This document shows, piece by piece, positions 43,719 through 54,200 of a stretch of DNA of 64,000 nucleotides. This stretch comes from an uncultured Flavobacteriaceae bacterium (GTDB lineage: Bacteria > Bacteroidota > Bacteroidia > Flavobacteriales > Flavobacteriaceae): NCBI GenBank assembly GCA_963844995.1, contig CAWJQE010000008.1, positions 1,884-65,883 of the forward strand. Reading direction: 5' to 3'. The notes under the pieces were generated by a model. That model saw only the letters and a list, made by a program, of their open reading frames with translations. It was not told the origin of the DNA and did not search any database. The position numbers and the translations under genes are program-made. Numbering within the stretch: the stretch's first letter is position 1; every line of letters starts with the position of its first letter.

Positions 43719-43802
43719 TATCCGCTTTTTGAAGCCGTAAAGGTATGAAAAATGGGAGTATAAGGCCCATAAAAAAGCCTATCCATACAAATAGTACCAT
43801 TT

Positions 43803-43830
43803 CACAACATATTTAAATGAGCCTACAACA
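43803..43830 (+). promoter_or_regulatory. Direct-repeat operator candidate (21-bp period) upstream of the sprC-like operon
   Basis: CACAACA-N14-TACAACA. Confidence 0.5.
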
Positions 43831-43951
43831 TTAAATTCCTATGGCGGCATATATATGACATATTTGTTACTGAATACTATATGGGATGAGAAAAAATGGT
43901 GGATTTAGATTGAGATGCCACCACTGTAGTCCCCCAAAACTACACTCGCTT

Positions 43952-46207
43952 ATGAAAACAAAATTATTTTACATCGTTCGGTTTATGTTGCTGCCGATCC
44001 TCCTACTGGGTCTGGGTAGTATGCATGCCCAAGTGCTTAATGCACCAGAGGCTGCTCCAAATCAAACGCCCCCTCCCGGGGCTACTCCATGGAACAGGGC
44101 CTGTGCTTCTGCTTCCTTTAACGATTACTGGGTACAATTTACATGGAATCCGCCTTTAGTGAACTCAGATAACGAGTTCGTCCTTGAATTGTCTGATGCA
44201 ACCGGAGATTTTAGCAGCCCGGTTGAACTTGCAAGAGATGGTTCTAAGAATCTTGTTTTTGATTTCTATATGCAATTTACAGTTCCCACAGATACCAGAG
44301 GTGAAAACTACAGACTCCGAGTTCGTAGTACTAGTCCGGCTGTTACCGGACCTGCTTCCGTTCCATACCCTATGTACTACATTGGGGTAAACACCGGGCT
44401 TACTATTAGGCCACAGGGACAAGCCGACTTTGGTGATGGAACTGCAGAAGTATGTGATGGCAATTCCATTACCTTAGAAGTTTACGGATTAGCCAACGCA
44501 GATACCTATCAGTATAATTGGTATAGATCAGGAACGCCACTTTCTGAAAAATCAGAATCCATTACAGTATCTGCTTCAGGCATGTACAATGTGGAAATAG
44601 ATTATGGTGCTTGTTCCGGTTCCGGAAATACACTCTCTAATTTAATTGATGTAACCTCAGGCACAAGTCTGGGAGTTGCTATTAATCCCCCGGCTAAAAC
44701 AGATCTGTGCAGTGGGGAGACCATGCCATTGGAAGCCAACATCAATAATCCCAGTTTAACATATACATGGTATCAGAACGGAGCGGTAATTCCGTCTTCT
44801 GACAATTACATATATACTGTAGATGCTTCAAGTCCAGGATTTGAAGGTGATTATGAGGTAGAGATATTCGGGCCTGGTGCCTGTATAGAGCGTTCTGCCG
44901 CTGTGACCATCACAAATGCCGGAAACTTTACAGTTACCAGAGACAATACAGCAAATATTGTATTGCTCCCGGGTCAAAATTCTACCTTAAGTGTTAGTAC
45001 TGACGCGTCATCTCCCACCTATCAATGGTTTAAAGATGGTAGTCCGGTTGCCGGAGCTACCTCTTCCAGTCTGGTGGTAAATGACACTGAAACAGGCACT
45101 TATTTTGCAAGGGTAACCTTAAGTGGTGGCGCTTGTACTTCTACATCACTAGATTCTGAGAGCACGGTTGTAGTTACGCCTGCATCGTTTGAACTCATGA
45201 TAGATTATGCTACTTCCTATGTGGCTTGTGAAAATACCAGTATTGCCCTGGAGGTTACAACTATAAACGCGGTTGATGCCGGAGGAAACAGGACCGATGT
45301 CACTACTGCAATACTCAATGATTTTACCTACCAATGGAAACTTAATGGTGCCAATGTAGCCGGAGCCACTAGCAGTTCAATAAGCTTAACAGATCCGACA
45401 GAAAATGGTACCTATGTTTTAGATGGAACCATTAGCACCTATTCAAGTACTTCCAACAATGTAACAGTTGAGCTTTTGGTCAATGAGACCTTAACTATAA
45501 ATAGTACCGGTCTTGTAAGTTGTGGTCCTTCAGAACCCATCACAATTAGTACTACCACTGATCTAAGTGGAGAGACCTTTACCTGGTCCAGAAACGGAAC
45601 AGATCTGGGCGTAACAACCGCCGATCTTACCGTAACCGAAGAGGGTATATACCAATTGGTATTAATGAGAAACGGATGTCCATTGCGTTCTAATGAGATC
45701 GACATAAATCCTTTAGATGAAAACCTTATTACGCTAGATCCATCTGCTGATATTGTATTCCCCAATGGGGGTTCAAGAACGATATCTGCTTCAGGTGGAA
45801 GTAGTTATAGCTGGTTAGACAGTAACAATATTGAGATGAGCACAGGCTCTTCAATGACTTTTACGGAAGAGGGAGATTATGTTCTGATCGCTACTATTGG
45901 GAATTGCCAGGTTACCAGAAATATAAGTGTGACCTACCTGGACACCTTTAAAGTGCCTAATGTGATCACAGTAAATGGTGATGGGATAAATGATCAATGG
46001 ATCATTCCAAATTCTTATTCCTATAAAACAGATGTAAATGTGATCATTTACAATGAAAAAGGTGTAGAGATCATAAACGAATTTAATTATCAGAATAACT
46101 GGCCTTCATCTTCTGCCCCGTTTACAAAGCAGAACATGGTGTTCTTTTATAAAATTAGAAATGCATCGGAGGTCCTTAAACAAGGTACCATAACCGTTAT
46201 ACGTTAA
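43952..46207 (+). CDS. sprC: SprC-like T9SS cargo: Ig-like repeats plus type B C-terminal domain
   Basis: Signal peptide (..SMHAQ), YQWFKDG-type Ig repeats, C-terminal PNVITVNGDGINDQW...GTITVIR; first gene of a sprCDBF-like order. Confidence 0.7.
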   Translation: MKTKLFYIVRFMLLPILLLGLGSMHAQVLNAPEAAPNQTPPPGATPWNRACASASFNDYWVQFTWNPPLVNSDNEFVLELSDATGDFSSPVELARDGSKNLVFDFYMQFTVPTDTRGENYRLRVRSTSPAVTGPASVPYPMYYIGVNTGLTIRPQGQADFGDGTAEVCDGNSITLEVYGLANADTYQYNWYRSGTPLSEKSESITVSASGMYNVEIDYGACSGSGNTLSNLIDVTSGTSLGVAINPPAKTDLCSGETMPLEANINNPSLTYTWYQNGAVIPSSDNYIYTVDASSPGFEGDYEVEIFGPGACIERSAAVTITNAGNFTVTRDNTANIVLLPGQNSTLSVSTDASSPTYQWFKDGSPVAGATSSSLVVNDTETGTYFARVTLSGGACTSTSLDSESTVVVTPASFELMIDYATSYVACENTSIALEVTTINAVDAGGNRTDVTTAILNDFTYQWKLNGANVAGATSSSISLTDPTENGTYVLDGTISTYSSTSNNVTVELLVNETLTINSTGLVSCGPSEPITISTTTDLSGETFTWSRNGTDLGVTTADLTVTEEGIYQLVLMRNGCPLRSNEIDINPLDENLITLDPSADIVFPNGGSRTISASGGSSYSWLDSNNIEMSTGSSMTFTEEGDYVLIATIGNCQVTRNISVTYLDTFKVPNVITVNGDGINDQWIIPNSYSYKTDVNVIIYNEKGVEIINEFNYQNNWPSSSAPFTKQNMVFFYKIRNASEVLKQGTITVIR

Positions 46208-46215
46208 CCAGACCA

Positions 46216-48288
46216 ATGAAACCAAGAGTAATCCTTTTATTGTTATTATGTGTTACAGGATTCCTGAGCGTAAATGCTCAGGATGAAAATCCCTTTATCA
46301 CCTATGACGTACCCTCTCAGAACCTGCTGAAGTTCAACCGGTTTCTGATCAATCCCACATTCTCTACTGTGCGGGAAAATAAGTCGTACGTTAACCTTTT
46401 ACACAGAAATCAATCGGTAACCTTTGATGATAACAACCAAACTTATTTCCTGAGCTATAGTGGTAGAATGAATGACCGCACCGGGCTGGGTCTTAGTTTG
46501 TATACACAACGCGAGGGCATTGTAAGCAACTATGGAATACTTGCCAACTACGCATATGGAATAAAACTTAGTGATAAGAGTAATTTTACGTTTGGTGCTA
46601 ACCTATCCTACTACAATAGTGGCTTTGATCAGAACAGGGCTAACCCAATAGAGAACGATCCTTTGCTGAATGGTTTCCAGGATGTATCACTGATATCTTT
46701 CCAACCCGGATTTAACCTCTCCTATGGTAAATTCGATTTTGGTCTGTTTGCCGAAAACCTATTCGATTACAATCTAAAGACCAGTGAATCTGTTTCCGAT
46801 TTTCAGGACAAGACATACTCTGGTCACCTACAATATACCCATCAGTTTGAAAATGCCTCTGGGATCATGGAAAATGCCCGTCTCATGCCTCTTGCACGTG
46901 CAAGAAAAGTGGGGCAGGACGATTTCGTTCTTGGTGGAAATCTTATTCTTGACCTTCCTAGACTTGGATGGGTACAAGGAGGGTACGATAGCTTTTACGG
47001 TGCCTCAGCTGGTATTGGTTTTAATCTTAACAAACGTGTTTCCATTGGATATACCATGGAAAAAGGGTTGTCTAATACCTTTGACAATTTTGGGCTAACC
47101 CATGAGATCTCCTTTGCATACTCCTTTACTCCTAACCTTACTGAAGACAGGGTAATGCTAGAAGATAGCGAAGAGATGCTGGCTCAAAACGAGGAAGAAA
47201 AAGAAGCGCTTGAAGAAAATTTAAGTGATAAGGATAAAGAAATAGCTGAGCTGAAACGCCGTCTTACTGAAAACGATGCCATACTGGCGGAGTTGATGTA
47301 CAGACAAGATTCTCTGGAAAACAATCGCCAAAAAGATCTTGAAGACAGGTTTGAAAGGGTCATGCGTATGGTTCGTAATGAAACCAATGGCAAGCGCCCG
47401 GATCTTGAGGAAAGAGCCAAAGAGCAGTATTTCCTAAATAATGATAAATCGGTCCTGGCACAACAAACTGTTGATCCAAAAGAATTCAACAAGAAACCCG
47501 TCAAGGATAGTCAGCCTGAGCCCGTTCTTCAAAAAGAACAAACCAGAGATGCTGTTGTACAGGTTACCACAAAACAAGAAAATACCAACCAGTCTAAAAC
47601 ACCCACATCATCAGGTGTAAAGAGCAGAAAATTCAGAGACCTGCAAGGAGTTGAAGATGGCTACTATGTAGTGGCAAATGTCTACAAGGATGAGCATTAC
47701 CTAAACAAGTTTGTAGATGCCATGAATGATGAAGGCTTCCCTGCCAATTATATAGACAATCCAAGTAACGGACTAAAATATGTATATCTGAAAAGATACA
47801 ATAGCTGGAAAGAAGCCGAAGATGCATACCGCACCAAAATGGGTGGAAATTATAAAGGAGATCTGTGGATCATGAATATAGAGAATCGCTATAGAAATGA
47901 TGCCTATGTTGAAAACACCAATAAGATAAAAGAGAAGTCTTCCAAATTTGGAACAGATGTGCTTCAGAAAAATGTTGTTGTGCAAGATAATATTGCCAAT
48001 AATGCTACGGAAGAACAGCAACAAGGTCTTTCTCAGGGAATTACAGATTACTATATCATTGCCAATGTTTTTGCCAACCCTAAAAACGCTACTCGCTTTG
48101 TAAAACTATTGAATTCCAGAGGCTTAAGTGCCAGTTACTTTATAAATCCACAGAATAAATACCGATACGTATATATAAAGAAACACAATTCCTGGAACAA
48201 CGCTTTAGTTTCTTATTACTCAAAAATAAATGACGCATATAACGACAAGATGTGGATTATGCGTGTCACCCCAAATCTAATAGCATAA
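46216..48288 (+). CDS. sprD: SprD-like protein: PorP/SprF barrel + coiled coil + two SPOR-like domains
   Basis: NRFLINP...THEISFAY barrel; coiled coil ~47150-47430; GYYVVANVY...WIMNI and DYYIIANVF...WIMRV repeats. Confidence 0.75.
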   Translation: MKPRVILLLLLCVTGFLSVNAQDENPFITYDVPSQNLLKFNRFLINPTFSTVRENKSYVNLLHRNQSVTFDDNNQTYFLSYSGRMNDRTGLGLSLYTQREGIVSNYGILANYAYGIKLSDKSNFTFGANLSYYNSGFDQNRANPIENDPLLNGFQDVSLISFQPGFNLSYGKFDFGLFAENLFDYNLKTSESVSDFQDKTYSGHLQYTHQFENASGIMENARLMPLARARKVGQDDFVLGGNLILDLPRLGWVQGGYDSFYGASAGIGFNLNKRVSIGYTMEKGLSNTFDNFGLTHEISFAYSFTPNLTEDRVMLEDSEEMLAQNEEEKEALEENLSDKDKEIAELKRRLTENDAILAELMYRQDSLENNRQKDLEDRFERVMRMVRNETNGKRPDLEERAKEQYFLNNDKSVLAQQTVDPKEFNKKPVKDSQPEPVLQKEQTRDAVVQVTTKQENTNQSKTPTSSGVKSRKFRDLQGVEDGYYVVANVYKDEHYLNKFVDAMNDEGFPANYIDNPSNGLKYVYLKRYNSWKEAEDAYRTKMGGNYKGDLWIMNIENRYRNDAYVENTNKIKEKSSKFGTDVLQKNVVVQDNIANNATEEQQQGLSQGITDYYIIANVFANPKNATRFVKLLNSRGLSASYFINPQNKYRYVYIKKHNSWNNALVSYYSKINDAYNDKMWIMRVTPNLIA

Positions 48289-51200
48289 ATGAGACCTAAC
48301 TTTACCCAAAAAATACTTGCGGCCTGTTTAGTCCTTTTTTCATATCTGGGCTTTTCACAAGAGTTTAACTCCTTTGAGATTCGATATCAGAATAACATCA
48401 AGGGTGATCTTACTTTTGTTGCCAACAATATCGTTAACCGAGATGGAGGGACAGGGAATACTGAGCCTGAGGATCCTTATAATGCCACAGGGAACTCGTC
48501 TACCTATAACGACTGGCTTAATCAACAATATATAGACGTAGATAGTGACCCTACAACATTTAGTTCCAGTACGGCCACTTTTACGTTTCCAAATGCCAGC
48601 TGTAACCTTATCAGATATGCCGGACTTTATTGGTCCGCTACGTATCCCAGTGAACAAGCGGGGCAGGCCCTGGGAACCAATCGTCAGAACGATTTTAACC
48701 AGGTAAAATTAATGGTGCCTGGTGGTGCCTATGTAGACGTAATAGCTGATGAGGTCTTATTCGATGGTTTTACCAGCGGAGATCCTTCTGTAACACAAAA
48801 CAGTCCATATGCCTGCTATGCAGATGTAACAGCATTATTGACTCCAATGGCAGACCCCACGGGGGATTATACCATTGCCAATGTGCGCTCTGTAGTGGGG
48901 TCTTTATCCCCTGGTGGAGGTGCCGCAGCTGGTTGGACGCTTATTATTGTGTATGAAAATCCAACCCTTACCGGTAAATTAATCACTACTTATGATGGTT
49001 TTGCCCGGGTGCGAAGTGCTAACCCAACCGTAGATATCAACTATACCGGATTTAATACCATCCCAGCAGGGCCTGTACGCGCCAATATAGGAGCGGCGGC
49101 CTTAGAAGGAGATAACAGAATCACAGGAGACAGAATGCGTATCAGTTCTGCCAGTGTAGGCGGATTTACCAACATCAGCAACGGGGTTAATCCTGCCAAT
49201 AACTTCTTTAATAGTAATATTACTTTAAACGGGGCCATAACAAACAACCGGAATCCCAATAGTGTCAATACCCTGGGGTATGACACGGATATGTTCTTGT
49301 TGAACAACCCCGGAAACTCAATAATTCCTAATTCAGAAACTGCTGCTACACTGCGGTTTACCTCTAGTGGTGACCAATACTACCCATTCTTTAACTCCTT
49401 TAATATTGAGATCATTGAACCCAATATTGTGGTAGAGAAAAAGGTGGAAGATATTGCCGGAAATGATATTACCGGGTTGGGTGTAAACCTGGGTCAATTG
49501 TTAGACTACGTATTGTCCTTTCAAAACATAGGGAATGATGATGCTACTAACTATATTTTACGAGACATCTTACCTGTTAATGTTATTATAGATGAATCTA
49601 ATCTCGTGTTGCCAGGCGGGGTTACCTATGTATACGATCCCGTAAGTCACGAAATAGCCTTTAATATCCCGGATAATATTGTAGAAGAAGGGGATCCTAT
49701 AAGAGAAATCAGGCTCAGAGTACGGGTTGCAGAAAATTGTTTTGATTTTGTGGACGCCTGTACGGACCAGATAGCCAACCAGGCATATTCTACCTATCAG
49801 GGTGTTATAAATAATAATGTAATTACAGACGACCCCTCTGTGTCAGATTTTGATTCTTGTGGTTTCGTAACCCCGGGTGCTACAAACTTTTTATTAGATG
49901 ACCTTGAAAGCTGTGATTACAGCAGAACCGTACAACTTTGCGGGGAAGATTTATTGTTAGATGCGGGTGACAACTTTGATTCCTATGTTTGGTACAAGGA
50001 TGAAAATGAGGACGGACTAATTGATGCGGGAGATACCCTTATTGATGATGGAGACCCGGATGGAGACCCAAGTACTCAATTGGTGACCGATCTAGGAATA
50101 TATATCGTTGACAAAATTATTGCAGATCCATGTAAGGGGTTTCAGGAGATCATTACTGTAGAGCCTTTTGGGGCTACCCAGACGAATCCTATCATAGACC
50201 TGATCAATGATACCACTAACACTGTTGAAGGTGAGATCGTTACCTGTCCCAATGATGGAGAATTATTGCCAAAAATATTCCTTTGTGGATTAAATGATAC
50301 CGAACTTATTTCAATTAATATCCCGGATGCCGATAGCATTGAATGGGAGCAACTAGATCCCGCCAGTTGTGCCACAGCAGGTGCGGATTGTGCCAACAAA
50401 AACTCAGGATGTACTTGGAGCAATGTAGGAGCCGGAACTGACTTTTTAGCTTCAGATCCAGGTGAATATCGCCTGATCATCAATTACCAAAACGGATGTT
50501 TTACAAGGTTCTATTTCAACATCTTTAAGAACCCACTAGATCCTCAGTACAATACAAGAGACCTTATCTGTGCTACCCCGGGTAACATTACTGTTACCAA
50601 CATGCCGGCAGATTATGAGTATCAGTTATTGGATGCCACCAATGGGAATATTCTTGTGCCTTTTAGTGCCAATAACGGTCCAAGTTTTACTATTGGAAGC
50701 AATGGAGCCTATACAGTAGAAATGCGTCAAATTGGGGTAACCGATGGATGTATTTTCCGTGTGGAGGATATTGGTATCCTTACCAGGGATTTCCAATTAG
50801 ATATCACTACAAAAGACACGGACTGTAACGGATTAGGAGAGATCTCTATCTCTGCTCTGGATGTTGAGCCACAGTACTATTACGAAATTTCACAAGGAGG
50901 GACCACTATAGATACGTATGGCCCAACAAATGACAATAATTATACTTTCCAGAACTTAAATGATGGTATTTATGATGTAAGAGTAACAACGGACGATGGT
51001 TGTGACCTTACAGAGCAGGTGACCATCAATGATGTAACAGATCTCGCGGCAAATGCGGCTACAACTAAACCAATCGATTGTATAGATGGCACGATTACGG
51101 TAACCGGCTCAGGTGGCTTCCCAAATCCGGAGTATATATATGCAATTTGGAGCTATAACGGCGCAACAACCTATACCGACATTACTGATATTCCTCCGGC

Positions 51201-54200
51201 CGAATTTCAGGTTGAAAATGATTTCAGCTTCGCAACGGAGAAGAAGGTGACTATGTTTTTGTAGTAGTGGACGGCAATAACTGTTGGGAGCTTTCAAATA
51301 TTGCTACTATAACTGTTGAACCAGCTATTGATTATACCATAATACCGGTAGATGAAACTTGTTTTGGTGCGGATGATGGTTCCGTTTCTGTGAATATTAT
51401 CAATAGTAACGGCTACAGCATTTCTTATACTCTAACTTACCCAGACAGCTCCACAGCATCGAATGGTTCCGGTACTTTTACTGATCTGGAGCAAGGAAAT
51501 TATACGCTTACGCTTACAACAACTTTAGGTGCTGCTTCCTGTGATTATGACGAACCTTTCACCATAGGCGGACCAGTAGACGGTGTAGATGGAGATGCCG
51601 TGATCGTCCAGGATTACAGCTGTATTGCTAATGGAATCATTGAAGCACAGAATGTTACCGGAGGAACTGCTCCATACTCTTATAGTATTGACGGTGTAAA
51701 TTTCGTTTCCGGAGCGGGTGCCGAAACTTTTTCAGGACTTACTCCTGGAGATTATGAGATTTGGATCCGTGATGCAAATGGTTGTGAATATACGACCAGT
51801 CAGGTACAAATAGACGATGTTGAATGGCCAGACAGGCTTCATGTAAGAGACATGACAGACGTTACATGTCCTTCTAACACAGCCGATGTAACCTTGCATG
51901 TTCATAAAGGAGAAGCGCCTTATACCTTTGAGATAGTATCTCCAGCGCCAATTCCTTCCACCTCCGTAAGTGGAGGATGAAGGATTCTTTGCCGGACTTC
52001 TCCTGGACACTTATGTTGCAAGGGTCACCGATGCAAATGGGTGTTTCTTTGAAGATAGTTTTACAATAGACCCTATCAATCTGATCAGTGTAACCGGTAC
52101 TTTGGTAAGCAATGTTTCTTGTGTTGGTGGTGCAGATGGTGAAATACTTTTTGATATTACCAATTTTGATGATAAATATGAATACAGCATTAATGGAGGG
52201 GCCATAGACGACAATGAAGATGATGCTCAAATTACTGTTTCTGGCCTTACTGCCGGAGATTATACGATACTTGTTACTGACGAAGAAACCAATTGCCAGG
52301 ACACATTTACCGTTACGGTAAGTGAACCTGCAACACCATTGGCCTTTACGTTTGTAACTACTCCATTAACCTGTTCTTCAGATGCTTCTGTTACAATTAC
52401 TGCAAGCGGAGGATGGGGAGGATTTTCCTATGAACTGGAACAACCAGATACTACCGTTTTAGGGCCACAGGGAAGCAACGTGTTCTCCGGCCTAAATCAA
52501 ACAGGAAATTATACAATAACCACTACAGATTCTGGTGGATGTGCCGTGACCGATACTTTTACGATCACTGCGCCCACCAATCCAACAGTAACCCTTGATC
52601 CGGTAACTGATCTGTGTTATGCGCCGGCAACAGGAGTAACTTTAAATGCCAATGCTGCGGGTGGAGTAGCTCCATATTCATATAGTTTGAACGGAGGGGC
52701 AAACCAAAGTTCGAATGTTTTCGCAAGCCTAACACCTGGTGCTTATACTGTTGTGGTAACTGATTCTTATGGTTGTACAGCTACTTCCAATACGGTGACA
52801 ATTGAAGCTCAGCTTACAGTAAGCGGTGTATTGACCAAAGAGCTGGATTGTACTGTATCTCCGGATGCAGTGATAGACATTACCATCAATGATGGATATG
52901 CGCCTTATACATACCAGGTAAATGGTGGTGCCAGCACTGCAGTTGTTGGAAATACATTTACATTCACAACTGCGACCGATGGTTCCTTTACATTCCTTAT
53001 TACAGATGATGAAGGATGTACAGCTCAAACAACCATCGTGGTAGATCCAATTACCAACCCTGTTGCTACCCACAATTTTACAGATCCAACCTGTGATAGT
53101 AATGTAGATGGTTCTGTTGAGATCCTGATCGATCCTAACTTTGGAACAGCTCCTTACCAGGTAGATTTTGATGGTGCCGGATTATCTAATCAAACAGTAT
53201 ACACCAACCTTGCTGGAGGTACTTATAATTATATTGTTGAAGATAGCAAAGGATGTACATATGCGGGTAGCGTAACCCTTACAACTCCGAATCCTATCAA
53301 TGCCGATGCGGTAGTTACACAGGTTTATACCTGTTTACAAACGGCTACCATTGAAGCGCAAAATGTAACCGGTGGTAATCCCGGATATACCTATAGTATT
53401 GATGGTGTTAATTTTGGTGCTTCCAACACCTTTACCGGATTAACCGATGGATCATATACAATTACAGTAATGGACAGCAACGGCTGTACTTTTGTAACAG
53501 CCAGCGCCGTAGTTCCACCGCTTGATCCACCAACTGATATTTCCTTCTCAGCAACGCCTGCGAATTGTCCTGCTGAAACTTCCGATGTTACCCTAACGGT
53601 AACCGATGGAGTGGGGGCCATTACCTATGAGATCATTGCTCCGGCAGCCGTAAATAACGGAACCAGCAATGTATTTACAGGTCTTGCACCAGATACCTAT
53701 ACTTTCCGGGTAACGGATAGTTATGGTTGTACCTACGATGAGAATTATACACTAAACCCTGTTGTTAAAGTACAGGTTGCAGGGGTTTTGGTAAATAATG
53801 CTACTTGCGTTGGAGCTGCAGACGGTACCATTGATTTTACCGTGAGTGATTTTTCTACTACTTATTCGTACTCTATAAACGGAGGTGCTTCTGTAGTAGG
53901 CCAGTCTGCTGCTGTCATCAACGAGTCCGGACTGCCGGCCGGAAACCACACCATAGTGGTAACAGACGAAACAACGCTTTGTACGGATACAGTTACTATT
54001 ACAGTTAATGAGCCCGCGGTGCCTTTGGCATTTACTTTTGTGGTTTCTCCTTTGACTTGTTCTACCGATGCCAGTGTTACCATCACTGCCACCGACGGTT
54101 GGGGTGGTTACACCTATGAAATAGAACAACCAGATACAACGGTTCTGGGACCTCAGCCAACTAATATATTCTTTGGGCTTACCCAATTAGGAACTTATAC

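Noticed and set aside
51978-51980. TGA in sprB as selenocysteine/readthrough or programmed frameshift
   Set aside because: Downstream coding continues in another frame; no slippery site or SECIS-like hairpin seen; a single extra base explains it.
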